A stretch of 64,000 nucleotides of DNA from an uncultured Methanosarcinales archaeon (GTDB lineage: Archaea; Nanobdellota; Nanobdellia; Woesearchaeales; SKGA01). The notes beneath the pieces were generated by a model that was given only the letters and a program-made list of their open reading frames with translations, ran no database searches and was not told the DNA's origin. This document shows, piece by piece, positions 20,540 through 29,067 of this stretch (position 1 is the first letter of the stretch; the number at the start of each line of letters is the position of its first letter). The position numbers were made by a program, and so were the translations under genes. Where the stretch lies: contig CAYSFC010000001.1 of assembly GCA_964430665.1 (NCBI GenBank), positions 361 to 64,360 of the forward strand. The letters are read 5' to 3'.

Positions 20540-21189
20540 TTTTTAGGTAGAACCTCAAATTTAATTTCTTTTAAACCAATTAATCTTTTTAACTCATCTG
20601 TTAAGAGTCCAGTTACTTGAGCGGGAAATTCAATTTTAGTTTTGACAGACAATTTATCCCCTTCTAAATTTAGTTCTTCAAAAGGTAGTCTGAAAAGTTC
20701 AAAAATAGATTTCACTTGTTCTTTTTTATCAGTTATTATTTTTTTAACATTAACTTCGTACTCAACATCCTTACTAGATAATGGATGATTAAAATCAACT
20801 ATGATTCTTCCACCACTAACTGTCTTGACAACACCTATTTCTCCATCAACATTAATTTGTAAGCCAGGATATGGTCTAATTTGTTCGTGTTTGAAAGCTT
20901 TTGCAGGCATTAATTTTAGCAAAGATGCATTTTTTTTACCGAATGCTTCAACATCAGGAATTTCAAAAGTATATTTTCCAGGTTCTTTTCCTTCTAATCT
21001 TTTCTCTAAACCAGGTATTAAATGTCCTTCACCTAGAATGATTGTAAGATCTCCGTATTTTGTTTTTGGGGAATGAATTCCTTCTTTCTTTGCGATAGCT
21101 TCTGAAGTAGTATCAAATGCTTCTTTAGTATCAGCGGTTCTGCCAGTGTATTCTAATTGGATAAAATCTCCTTTTTTCATAATTTTCAC
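20536..21189 (-). CDS. FKBP-type peptidyl-prolyl cis-trans isomerase (archaeal long FKBP with IF/flap insert)
   Basis: FKBP signature DLTIILGEGHLIPGLE...RLEGKEPGKY plus a second domain. Confidence 0.8.
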   Translation of the reverse strand: MKIMKKGDFIQLEYTGRTADTKEAFDTTSEAIAKKEGIHSPKTKYGDLTIILGEGHLIPGLEKRLEGKEPGKYTFEIPDVEAFGKKNASLLKLMPAKAFKHEQIRPYPGLQINVDGEIGVVKTVSGGRIIVDFNHPLSSKDVEYEVNVKKIITDKKEQVKSIFELFRLPFEELNLEGDKLSVKTKIEFPAQVTGLLTDELKRLIGLKEIKFEVLPKK

Positions 21190-21230
21190 CTGAGTTTGAT
21201 GATTTAAGATATTTGTTAGTTTTTTTAAAT

Positions 21231-21290
21231 CTTTGTCTTGTTTGTCTTATTTCTCTTGTTTGTCTTATTTCTCTTGTTTGTTTGCTTTAT
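21231..21290. repeat. tandem repeat, 18-bp unit TTTGTCTTATTTCTCTTG (two perfect copies plus partial flanking copies) in a divergent intergenic region
   Basis: seen directly. Confidence 0.6.
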
Positions 21291-21327
21291 AAATAAGTTT
21301 ATAAATAAATCTTTATTTTACTCATAA

Positions 21328-21750
21328 ATGAGCATTCATGAAAAATTACACGTTATTGAAGGAAGTTTAGAAGATTCAAATCATTTTGAAGTAGCTTATC
21401 CTATTCAAGTTTTTAAAATTAGTTACCAATTTGAACAAAAATCTGTCGATTTAGGAGATGAGGTTGAACAAAGTTATAATTTCAATAAAATTCAAAGAAG
21501 TGCAAAAACTGAGGCTTTGGATTTGTTACTTAAAACCGCACACAAGAAAACTCATTCTAAAAACTACAAAGTAATTTCTAATATTAAATATCCTTATTAC
21601 AATGTATTAATTTCTCGTTCAAATAATGATGAGAATAAAGATTTATATGATGTTAAGATAGATTTAAATGTTGAAGGAACTATTTTTAAGAAAATAAATT
21701 ACACTAAAATACTTGAAAATGCGTTATCGCAACATTTTAAAAGAGATTAA
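21328..21750 (+). CDS. hypothetical protein
   Basis: ORF only. Confidence 0.3.
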   Translation: MSIHEKLHVIEGSLEDSNHFEVAYPIQVFKISYQFEQKSVDLGDEVEQSYNFNKIQRSAKTEALDLLLKTAHKKTHSKNYKVISNIKYPYYNVLISRSNNDENKDLYDVKIDLNVEGTIFKKINYTKILENALSQHFKRD

Positions 21751-21774
21751 TTTAATTTATGTTCAAGAGGAAAA

Positions 21775-22188
21775 ATGCTTAATCTATTTAAAAAGAAGAA
21801 AAAAGTAATTTTAGACACAAATATCTTACTTTTGCCAGGGCAAATTGGTTTAGATATATTTACAGAAATAGATAAAACAATGACTGAACCATATGAATTA
21901 TACATTATTAACAACTCTCTTAAAGAATTAAGAAGTATTATGGATGGTGAAACTAGGTTAAAAAAGAAGTCGGATAAGTTTAATGCAAAGTTAGGATTTA
22001 TCATGGTTAAACAAAAAGGCTTAAAAACACTCCCAGACTCCTCAAATCTTGTAGACAATACAATTGTCGATATAAGCAATTCAGATGTTTATGTGGTGAC
22101 TCAAGATAAAGAACTACAAAAACGTGTTGAAGAAAAGGGGGCGAAGTTGCTATTGCTCCGACAACAAAAATATTTTGTTGTAAAGTAG
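21775..22188 (+). CDS. PIN-domain ribonuclease (Fcf1/Nob1-like small PIN)
   Basis: VILDTNILL acidic motif at N-terminus plus a second acidic position; PIN next to rpoE' is a conserved archaeal neighbourhood. Confidence 0.6.
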   Translation: MLNLFKKKKKVILDTNILLLPGQIGLDIFTEIDKTMTEPYELYIINNSLKELRSIMDGETRLKKKSDKFNAKLGFIMVKQKGLKTLPDSSNLVDNTIVDISNSDVYVVTQDKELQKRVEEKGAKLLLLRQQKYFVVK

Positions 22189-22232
22189 GTGAAGAACTTA
22201 ACGTTCATCATCTTCAATATAACATATTGTAG

Positions 22233-22802
22233 GTGAAAAAGAAAATGTATTATGCAATAAAAGTAACAGATCACATCAGACTGCCACCAAGCGAGTTTGA
22301 GAAAGATTTAAACGAAGGAATAATTGGTCAAATAAAAGGTAAATTCTCAGGTTTTGTTTCAAAAGATCTTGGTTTTGTAATTGACGTTTTAGATATAGAT
22401 AAAATTGAAGACGGTATTATAATTCCTGGTGATGGTGCACCATATTATAAGACAACTTTTGAATTATTAACTTACATCCCTGAAATGCAAGAAGTCGTTC
22501 TTGGTAAAATTAGAGATATAACTGATTTTGGAGCATTTCTATCTTTAGGACCTGTTGATGGTATGATTCACATAAGTCAAACTATGAATGATTTTGTTTC
22601 ATTTAGTAAGGATAAAGTTCTTCAAGGAAAGGAATCAAATAGAAGTTTAAAGGTTGGAGATATTTGTTATGGACGAATTGTCGCTGTTTCTTTCAAAGAT
22701 CCTGCAAATCCTAAAATAGGAGTTACTATGAGACAACAAGGTCTTGGTAAACACGAATGGATTGTTCAAGATTTCAAGTTGGATAAAAAAGTAGAAGAAT
22801 AA
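22233..22802 (+). CDS. rpoE: DNA-directed RNA polymerase subunit E' (Rpb7 homolog)
   Basis: N-terminal Rpb7-like domain followed by S1 domain. Confidence 0.8.
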   Translation: MKKKMYYAIKVTDHIRLPPSEFEKDLNEGIIGQIKGKFSGFVSKDLGFVIDVLDIDKIEDGIIIPGDGAPYYKTTFELLTYIPEMQEVVLGKIRDITDFGAFLSLGPVDGMIHISQTMNDFVSFSKDKVLQGKESNRSLKVGDICYGRIVAVSFKDPANPKIGVTMRQQGLGKHEWIVQDFKLDKKVEE

Positions 22803-23006
22803 TTTTTTCTTTTTTTAAAATTTATTTAAATAATGCTCTTTAATTTTTAATCAATGTAAATTAAATTAAAAATTTAATCACATTTTCAATTAAGTATATT
22901 TTTATTACTACTTTATCACGACTTCTTTAAGTTTTCACTCCAGAGAAACAAAACTTTAAATAGTAGTATAAACTGCTTAGACTTAAAATGGAGGCGTGTT
23001 GTTAAA

Positions 23007-23891
23007 ATGTGGTACAAAGCATATGGTTATTCTCAAAACCCTTTTGAAATGAATCCTTTAAAGGAGAAAACAAACTTAATAGGGTATGAAAAAGAATTAA
23101 ATGATACAATATATCATATCTCTAAAGGATCTATTGTTTTTATAGAATCTATGAGAGGAAATGGAAGAACAAAATTTCTAAAAGCAGTTATTGACAATTT
23201 TACAGGAAAAATAATTTATGTTGATGCTGAGAAATTGAAGAAAAATTTAGATATAGAAAATCTTCTTGCGAAGAAAAATGGAAAAATTTTCTCTAAATTA
23301 CCTGATAACATGATTTTAATTATAGATAATGCAGATGAATTATCTAATGTTAATTATGAAAGATTGAAATATTTTTTTGATAAAAATAATTTAAGATCGA
23401 TTGTTTTTGCAGGAAATAATTTCAAGAAATCAAAATTACCTGAAAGTGTAAAACATAGAATTGGCGATAATATTATTTCTTTAAATGAAATAGCGAAAGA
23501 TGAATTATTTAAAATTTTCATAAATAAATTAGAAACTAATAAAGAGGAATCCTTACTTGACAAAGAGACTCTTGAAAAAGTATATATTCTTTCAAATAAA
23601 AATATAAAAAAAACAATTAAAACTTTAAATTTAATGGCTGAACAAATGGCTGAACATCAAGATGATAAGTTAAGATTTGAATATTTATCTGATGTTGAAC
23701 AAATTGATGAAGAAGATTTAGATATTTCTATGATTGACAAGGATGGTAATGAAATAGTGAAGATTGGAGAGTATTATAGAAATCCTGCTAAAGACATATT
23801 TTGTAGTAATTGTGGAGCAATTGTTAGTTTGGATGATACTTCTTGTCCAGAATGTTTAAAAGAATTTGAAGTAGAAGAGGAGGTTCAATAA
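23007..23891 (+). CDS. ExeA/GspA-like AAA (AAA_22) ATPase paralog with degenerate Walker A and C-terminal Zn ribbon
   Basis: N-terminal YGYSQNPF...LIGYEKEL matches the ExeA-type leader; P-loop position reads GNGRTKF; Walker-B-like ILIIDNADE; C-terminal CSNCG...CPEC. Confidence 0.45.
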   Translation: MWYKAYGYSQNPFEMNPLKEKTNLIGYEKELNDTIYHISKGSIVFIESMRGNGRTKFLKAVIDNFTGKIIYVDAEKLKKNLDIENLLAKKNGKIFSKLPDNMILIIDNADELSNVNYERLKYFFDKNNLRSIVFAGNNFKKSKLPESVKHRIGDNIISLNEIAKDELFKIFINKLETNKEESLLDKETLEKVYILSNKNIKKTIKTLNLMAEQMAEHQDDKLRFEYLSDVEQIDEEDLDISMIDKDGNEIVKIGEYYRNPAKDIFCSNCGAIVSLDDTSCPECLKEFEVEEEVQ

Positions 23892-23892
23892 A

Positions 23893-24597
23893 ATGGAAAA
23901 TTGGTATCATAAATTAGGATATGAAGAAAATCCTTTCACAATAAAACCTGCTTTTTTTGATGATGAAGTAATTGGTTATGATAAAGAAATTGATGATTTA
24001 GTAAAAAAACTTTCAAGTAATAAAATTTGTTTTCTTGAAGGTGAATTTGGTAAAGGTAAATCTTCAATAATAACATATATCATAAATGAGTTTGTTGGTA
24101 AAAGTAAAATAATTCATATTAGTAGGAATCGTTCAGATAGAGCACTAAATTATTCTAAACTTTTAATAGAGGCAAACAAAGGTTTTGGAAAATTATTAGG
24201 TTTTAAGGCTAAAAAAACAATTCTTATAGTTGATGAAGTTGGAAAAATAAATAAAAAAGATTGTGATCAAATTCTTAATTTATATAAAGATGGTTACATT
24301 AGATCAATTTTATTTGCAGATGTATCTTTAGATAAATCTAAAATTAGCCCTGAATTAAAAAAGAAAATTGGAAAAAACATAGTTCGTTTAAAAGATTTGG
24401 GTGTAAAAGATATTGTTGATTTAACATATAGTAGATTAGAGAATAAAGAATTAATTTCTGAAGCTTTGATAAAAAAAATATATGATAAATCAAAAAACAA
24501 TACTCGAAACTTTTTAAGTAAAATCGAATTAGTGTTTAAAAAAGCTTTCGATGAAGGTAAGGATAAGGTGACTGAAGAAGATTTATCTGTCCTTTAA
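23893..24597 (+). CDS. ExeA/GspA-like AAA (AAA_22) ATPase
   Basis: LGYEENPF...VIGYDKEI leader, Walker A GEFGKGKSS, Walker B ILIVDEVG, AAA+ lid-like C-terminus; 1-nt gap from the upstream paralog. Confidence 0.5.
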   Translation: MENWYHKLGYEENPFTIKPAFFDDEVIGYDKEIDDLVKKLSSNKICFLEGEFGKGKSSIITYIINEFVGKSKIIHISRNRSDRALNYSKLLIEANKGFGKLLGFKAKKTILIVDEVGKINKKDCDQILNLYKDGYIRSILFADVSLDKSKISPELKKKIGKNIVRLKDLGVKDIVDLTYSRLENKELISEALIKKIYDKSKNNTRNFLSKIELVFKKAFDEGKDKVTEEDLSVL

Positions 24598-24659
24598 TTT
24601 CTTTTTATTTAAAAAGGAGCACATAACCTTTATAAATAAAATTCTTTTGCTCCTAAAGT

Positions 24660-25046
24660 ATGACTGATGAAAATAAAGTTCAAATAATTATTGGATTAGT
24701 GGAACCTATTAAAATTATATCTTCAACTGATTCAAAAACTTATTTAGCTAGAATTGATACAGGGGCTCTTCGAAGTTCTATTGATAAAAAAATAGCTCAG
24801 GAGTTTAAGTTAGGACCTGTTATTAGAGAAGTTATTGTGAAGAATGCTCAAGGAAAAAGTAAACGTCCAGTTGTTAAAGTAAACATTGAAATGGCTAAAC
24901 AAAATTTTGATGGCGAATTTACAATTGCAGACAGATCTCATATGAAGTTTCCAATATTAATTGGACGAGATATACTAAATAAAGGTTTTCTAATAGATGC
25001 AACTAAAGGTTTTGAGGGTGAAAATAATGAAAGCAGCAGTAATTAG
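24660..25046 (+). CDS. retropepsin-like RimK-associated putative protease (Zn_protease/DUF785 family)
   Basis: IDTGA (D-T-G) aspartyl motif and ILIGRDIL flap-like motif; immediately upstream of, and overlapping, the RimK gene. Confidence 0.55.
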   Translation: MTDENKVQIIIGLVEPIKIISSTDSKTYLARIDTGALRSSIDKKIAQEFKLGPVIREVIVKNAQGKSKRPVVKVNIEMAKQNFDGEFTIADRSHMKFPILIGRDILNKGFLIDATKGFEGENNESSSN

Positions 25047-26106
25047 TTTAGGAAGTGTTTCAAGTAAATGGATTGTAGAAGAGATGAAAAAATTATTTGA
25101 AGAAGTAGATCAAATTGATATTAGAAATTTAGAAATAAACTTTAGTGGTAAAGGTGCAGAAATATTATATTTGGGAAAACCATTTGGAAAATATGATTGT
25201 GTTCATACATTAGGTTCATTCAGATATGCTAATTTACTTAATGCATTGACATTACTTTTAGATTCGGATGTTTTTAGAGTTACAAAAGCAACTGCATATA
25301 ATGTGGCGCACGATAAATTATTGACGCAACTAGCATTACAGAAAAACAATATTCCTATGCCTAGAACCTATGTTGCAGCAACCACTGATGCAGCAAGATC
25401 GATATTTAAACAAATGAATTATCCTATAATTATGAAATTCCCACATGGAACTCAAGGTAAGGGAGTATTAGTTGCAGAATCATTTCCTTCTGCCTCATCC
25501 ATAATGGATGCTTTATCTTATCTTAGACAACCATTCATAATACAAGAATTCATAGATACTGGTGGAAAAGATTTACGTGCAATAGTTATTGGTGACGAAG
25601 TTATTGCAGCATATGAGAGAACTGCAGCAAAGAATGAAATAAGATCTAACATTCATCAAGGTGGAGAAGGAAAAGCAATTGAGATTGATGATCACACTAA
25701 AGAATTAGCTGTAAAGGCTGCAAAAGCTGTTGGAACTAAAATTTGTGGAGTAGATATTCTTATGAGTTCACACAAAGGTCCTTTAGTTTTAGAGGTTAAT
25801 ATTAGTCCAGGACTTCAAGGAGTAACTAAATATACTGGAATTAATGTTGCAGAAAAAATAGCAAATTATTTGTTTAAAGAAGCATCTGAGAAAAAAGAAA
25901 AAGGAATGGATGAAGGTATGAAAGATATTTTATTAGATTTAGATAAAAAAGAATGTGAAAAAGCACATTTAATAACTGAATTAGATTTTAGAGGACGAAG
26001 AGTTTTACTTTCAGAAGCAATAACTCAAGGAGCGAAACTTAAAGAAAATTCAGAATATGAAGTTATAGTAAAACAAAATGAAGTTATAATTAAAAAATTT
26101 GACTAA
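25027..26106 (+). CDS. RimK-family ATP-grasp ligase (alpha-L-glutamate ligase-like) with C-terminal extension
   Basis: ATP-grasp pattern; start moved to MKAAVISLGS at 25027, which overlaps the protease ORF by 20 nt. Confidence 0.75.
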   Translation: MKAAVISLGSVSSKWIVEEMKKLFEEVDQIDIRNLEINFSGKGAEILYLGKPFGKYDCVHTLGSFRYANLLNALTLLLDSDVFRVTKATAYNVAHDKLLTQLALQKNNIPMPRTYVAATTDAARSIFKQMNYPIIMKFPHGTQGKGVLVAESFPSASSIMDALSYLRQPFIIQEFIDTGGKDLRAIVIGDEVIAAYERTAAKNEIRSNIHQGGEGKAIEIDDHTKELAVKAAKAVGTKICGVDILMSSHKGPLVLEVNISPGLQGVTKYTGINVAEKIANYLFKEASEKKEKGMDEGMKDILLDLDKKECEKAHLITELDFRGRRVLLSEAITQGAKLKENSEYEVIVKQNEVIIKKFD

Positions 26107-26115
26107 GGTGTAATA

Positions 26116-28533
26116 ATGGAAGTACCTAAAAAATATAATGCAGAAGAAATTGAACTTAAATGGGTTAAATTTTGGATGGAAAATAAAACATTTAAATTTG
26201 ATGAAAATGATTTTGAAAAAGAGTTGTATGTAATTGATACTCCTCCTCCAACAGTTTCTGGAAAAATGCATTTAGGTCATGCTTTTGGAAATAGTCAACA
26301 AGATTTCATTGCAAGATTTAAACGTATGAGAGGTTTTAATGTTCTTCAACCATTAGGTACTGATGACAACGGATTACCTACTAAATTACTAATTGAAAAA
26401 ACAAAAAAAGTTAAAGCTTCTATGATGGATAGAAAAGAATTCAGAGATTTATGTTTGAAAACTTTAAATGATGAGTTGAAACCAAGTTATATTGGAGATT
26501 GGAAAAGATTGGGAATAAGTTGTGATTATGATGTTACTTATTCAACAATAGATCCTCATTGTCAAAAAATTTCTCAAAAATCTTTTTTAGATTTTTATGC
26601 TAAAGGTAGAGAATATAGACAAGAAGCTCCTGCAATGTTTTGTCCAAAATGTCAAACAGCAATTTCTCAAGTAGAATGTGAAGATGTAGAAATTCCTTCA
26701 CACTTTAATGATATTGTTTTTAAAGTTGATGGAGAAGATTTAATTATTGCTACTACAAGACCTGAACTTTTACCTGCTTGTGTGTCGGTTTTCTATCATC
26801 CAGATGATAAAAGATATAAACATCTTTTCGAGAAGAAAGCAAAAGTTCCTCTTTTTGATATTGAAGTTCCAATACTTGAAGATGAAAGAGTTGATCCTGA
26901 AAAAGGAACTGGTATTGTTATGTGTTGTACGTTTGGAGATCAAACAGATATGGAGTGGCAAAAACAATATCATCTTCCAATAAAAGAAGCATTTGGAAGA
27001 GATGGAAAAATGACTTCTCTTGCAGAAAAATATGAGGGTATGCAAATTATTGAAGCTAGAAAAGCAATAATTGGAGATTTGCAGAAATCCAATCTATTGA
27101 AAGCCAGCAGACAGATTTCACATGCAGTTAATGTTCACGAAAGATGTGGAACTCCTATTGAATTCATTCATTCTAAACAATGGTTTATTAGATATTTAGA
27201 TTTGAAAGAAGATATGGAGAAGTGGGGAGATGAATTTGAATGGCTTCCACCACATATGAAAAATAGATATGATAATTGGGTTAAAGGTTTAGCTTGGGAT
27301 TGGTGTATTTCAAGACAATTACCTTTCGGTATTCCTTTTCCTGTTTGGTATTGTAAAGAATGTGATGAAATAATTTTGGCCAAAGAAGAAGATTTACCTG
27401 TTGATCCTGTTGAAGATAAACCTCCAATAAATAAATGTCCTAAATGTGGATGTTCTGAATTTGTTCCTGAGACCGATGTTTTCAACACTTGGGCAACATC
27501 TTCTTTAACTCCAACAATAGTTAAAGAATTGTTTAAAGGTAAACCTATGTATGATAAATTAATTCAAAGACCTATGGATTTGAGACCTCAAGGACACGAC
27601 ATAATCTCGTTTTGGTTATTTAATACAGTTGTAAAATCACAAATACATTTTAATATGAAGCCTTGGAATAAATGTTTTATTAATGGATGGATGTTAGATG
27701 AAAATGGTAAAAAAATGTCTAAATCAAAAGGCAATGTTGTGGAACCTAGAGATATAATTAAAAAATATTCTGCAGATGCTTTGAGGTTTATGGCAGCCAG
27801 TTCAAAATTAGGCGAAGATTTAGCATTTCCTGAAAAAGATATTGTTACTGGAAATAAAACTGTAACTAAAATTTTTAATGCTGCAAAATTTGCTTTGATG
27901 CATTTAGAAGATTTTCAAGATGAAGAAGTTCAAGAACTTTGGGAAATTGATAAATGGGTTTTAACAAAATTAAATAAAACAATTAAAAATACCACGGATT
28001 GTTTTGAAAAATATGATTTCTCTAAAGCTAAATCTGAGGTTGATTCATTTTTCTGGAAAGTTTTCTGTGACTATTATTTGGAAATGGTTAAAGATAGATT
28101 ATATAATCCTGATATATATGGTGATAATGCAAGAAAATCAGGACAATTTGTTTTGAAAAAAGTTTTGACAACAGTTCTTCAACTGTTTGCACCATTTATG
28201 CCATTTGTGACAGAAGAAATCTATTCTTGGTACAATGAAAAAAGCATTCATTTAAGTTCTTGGCCAGAATACGAAGAATTTTATGTTGATGATAATGCAG
28301 AAATTTCCGGAGATTTAGCAACAGAAATAATAAGTTATGTTAGAAAATTCAAAAGCGATAAACAAGTTAGTCAAAAAGAAGAAATAGAAAATATAAATTT
28401 ATGTTATCCTGAAGATAAAATTAAATATCTTAAATCAGTAGAAAAAACTATAAAAATGACCACTAAGGCAAAAAACATAGTTTATAAAGAAATTTCAGAT
28501 GAATTAGAAATTGAAGTTGAATTAAAATCTTAG
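26116..28533 (+). CDS. valS: valyl-tRNA synthetase
   Basis: PPPTVSGKMHLGHA (HIGH) and KMSKSKGN (KMSKS); ValRS-type PPP-x-SG context; 805 aa. Confidence 0.85.
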   Translation: MEVPKKYNAEEIELKWVKFWMENKTFKFDENDFEKELYVIDTPPPTVSGKMHLGHAFGNSQQDFIARFKRMRGFNVLQPLGTDDNGLPTKLLIEKTKKVKASMMDRKEFRDLCLKTLNDELKPSYIGDWKRLGISCDYDVTYSTIDPHCQKISQKSFLDFYAKGREYRQEAPAMFCPKCQTAISQVECEDVEIPSHFNDIVFKVDGEDLIIATTRPELLPACVSVFYHPDDKRYKHLFEKKAKVPLFDIEVPILEDERVDPEKGTGIVMCCTFGDQTDMEWQKQYHLPIKEAFGRDGKMTSLAEKYEGMQIIEARKAIIGDLQKSNLLKASRQISHAVNVHERCGTPIEFIHSKQWFIRYLDLKEDMEKWGDEFEWLPPHMKNRYDNWVKGLAWDWCISRQLPFGIPFPVWYCKECDEIILAKEEDLPVDPVEDKPPINKCPKCGCSEFVPETDVFNTWATSSLTPTIVKELFKGKPMYDKLIQRPMDLRPQGHDIISFWLFNTVVKSQIHFNMKPWNKCFINGWMLDENGKKMSKSKGNVVEPRDIIKKYSADALRFMAASSKLGEDLAFPEKDIVTGNKTVTKIFNAAKFALMHLEDFQDEEVQELWEIDKWVLTKLNKTIKNTTDCFEKYDFSKAKSEVDSFFWKVFCDYYLEMVKDRLYNPDIYGDNARKSGQFVLKKVLTTVLQLFAPFMPFVTEEIYSWYNEKSIHLSSWPEYEEFYVDDNAEISGDLATEIISYVRKFKSDKQVSQKEEIENINLCYPEDKIKYLKSVEKTIKMTTKAKNIVYKEISDELEIEVELKS

Positions 28534-28581
28534 ATAACTTTAAATATAAGTTTAATCTAAATTGATTTAAGAGGTGTATTT

Positions 28582-29067
28582 TTGAGATTTAGAAAAGGTC
28601 AAGCAGCTATGGAGTATTTGATTACTTATTCTTGGGCTTTTTTAGTTATTCTTTCAGCAATAGGAGTTTTAACGTATTTTGGAGCGTTTAATCCCAATAA
28701 ATATATACCTAGTTCTTGTGATTTTGGAGAACAATTGAAATGTGTTGATTATTATGTTGGTTCAAACAACATCCATACAAAAGTAATTATAAAATTCAGA
28801 AATCAATTTGAACAAGACATACGAATTTTAGGGGTAGAAAACGATCTTATTGATGAAATCAATATAGATGAAGATAATCCTTTAGTAATTCCAGCTGGAG
28901 AAATTGGAACAGTTCAGTTCAATACTACAAATATAGAAAGTATTGGTCAAAGAGTTCAATACGAAATGAATATAAATTTTTCAAGAGACGATGATTCTGC
29001 AAGAGAACACGTTTTATATGGAAAACTTTCTTCTAAAGTTTCAGATAATAGTTTAGATATAGTTTAA
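28582..29067 (+). CDS. archaeal type IV pilin-like protein with class III signal peptide
   Basis: MRFRKGQAAMEYLITYSWAFLVILSAIGVL = KGQ|A cleavage motif plus hydrophobic helix. Confidence 0.6.
   Translation: MRFRKGQAAMEYLITYSWAFLVILSAIGVLTYFGAFNPNKYIPSSCDFGEQLKCVDYYVGSNNIHTKVIIKFRNQFEQDIRILGVENDLIDEINIDEDNPLVIPAGEIGTVQFNTTNIESIGQRVQYEMNINFSRDDDSAREHVLYGKLSSKVSDNSLDIV

Noticed and set aside
24598-24659. Inverted repeat AGGAGCA...TGCTCCT spanning a TTTATAAATAAA element, considered as a terminator
   Set aside because: The loop is 26 nt and contains a TATA-like box. It is more plausibly the promoter of the downstream retropepsin/RimK genes than an intrinsic terminator, and there is too little evidence to call either.
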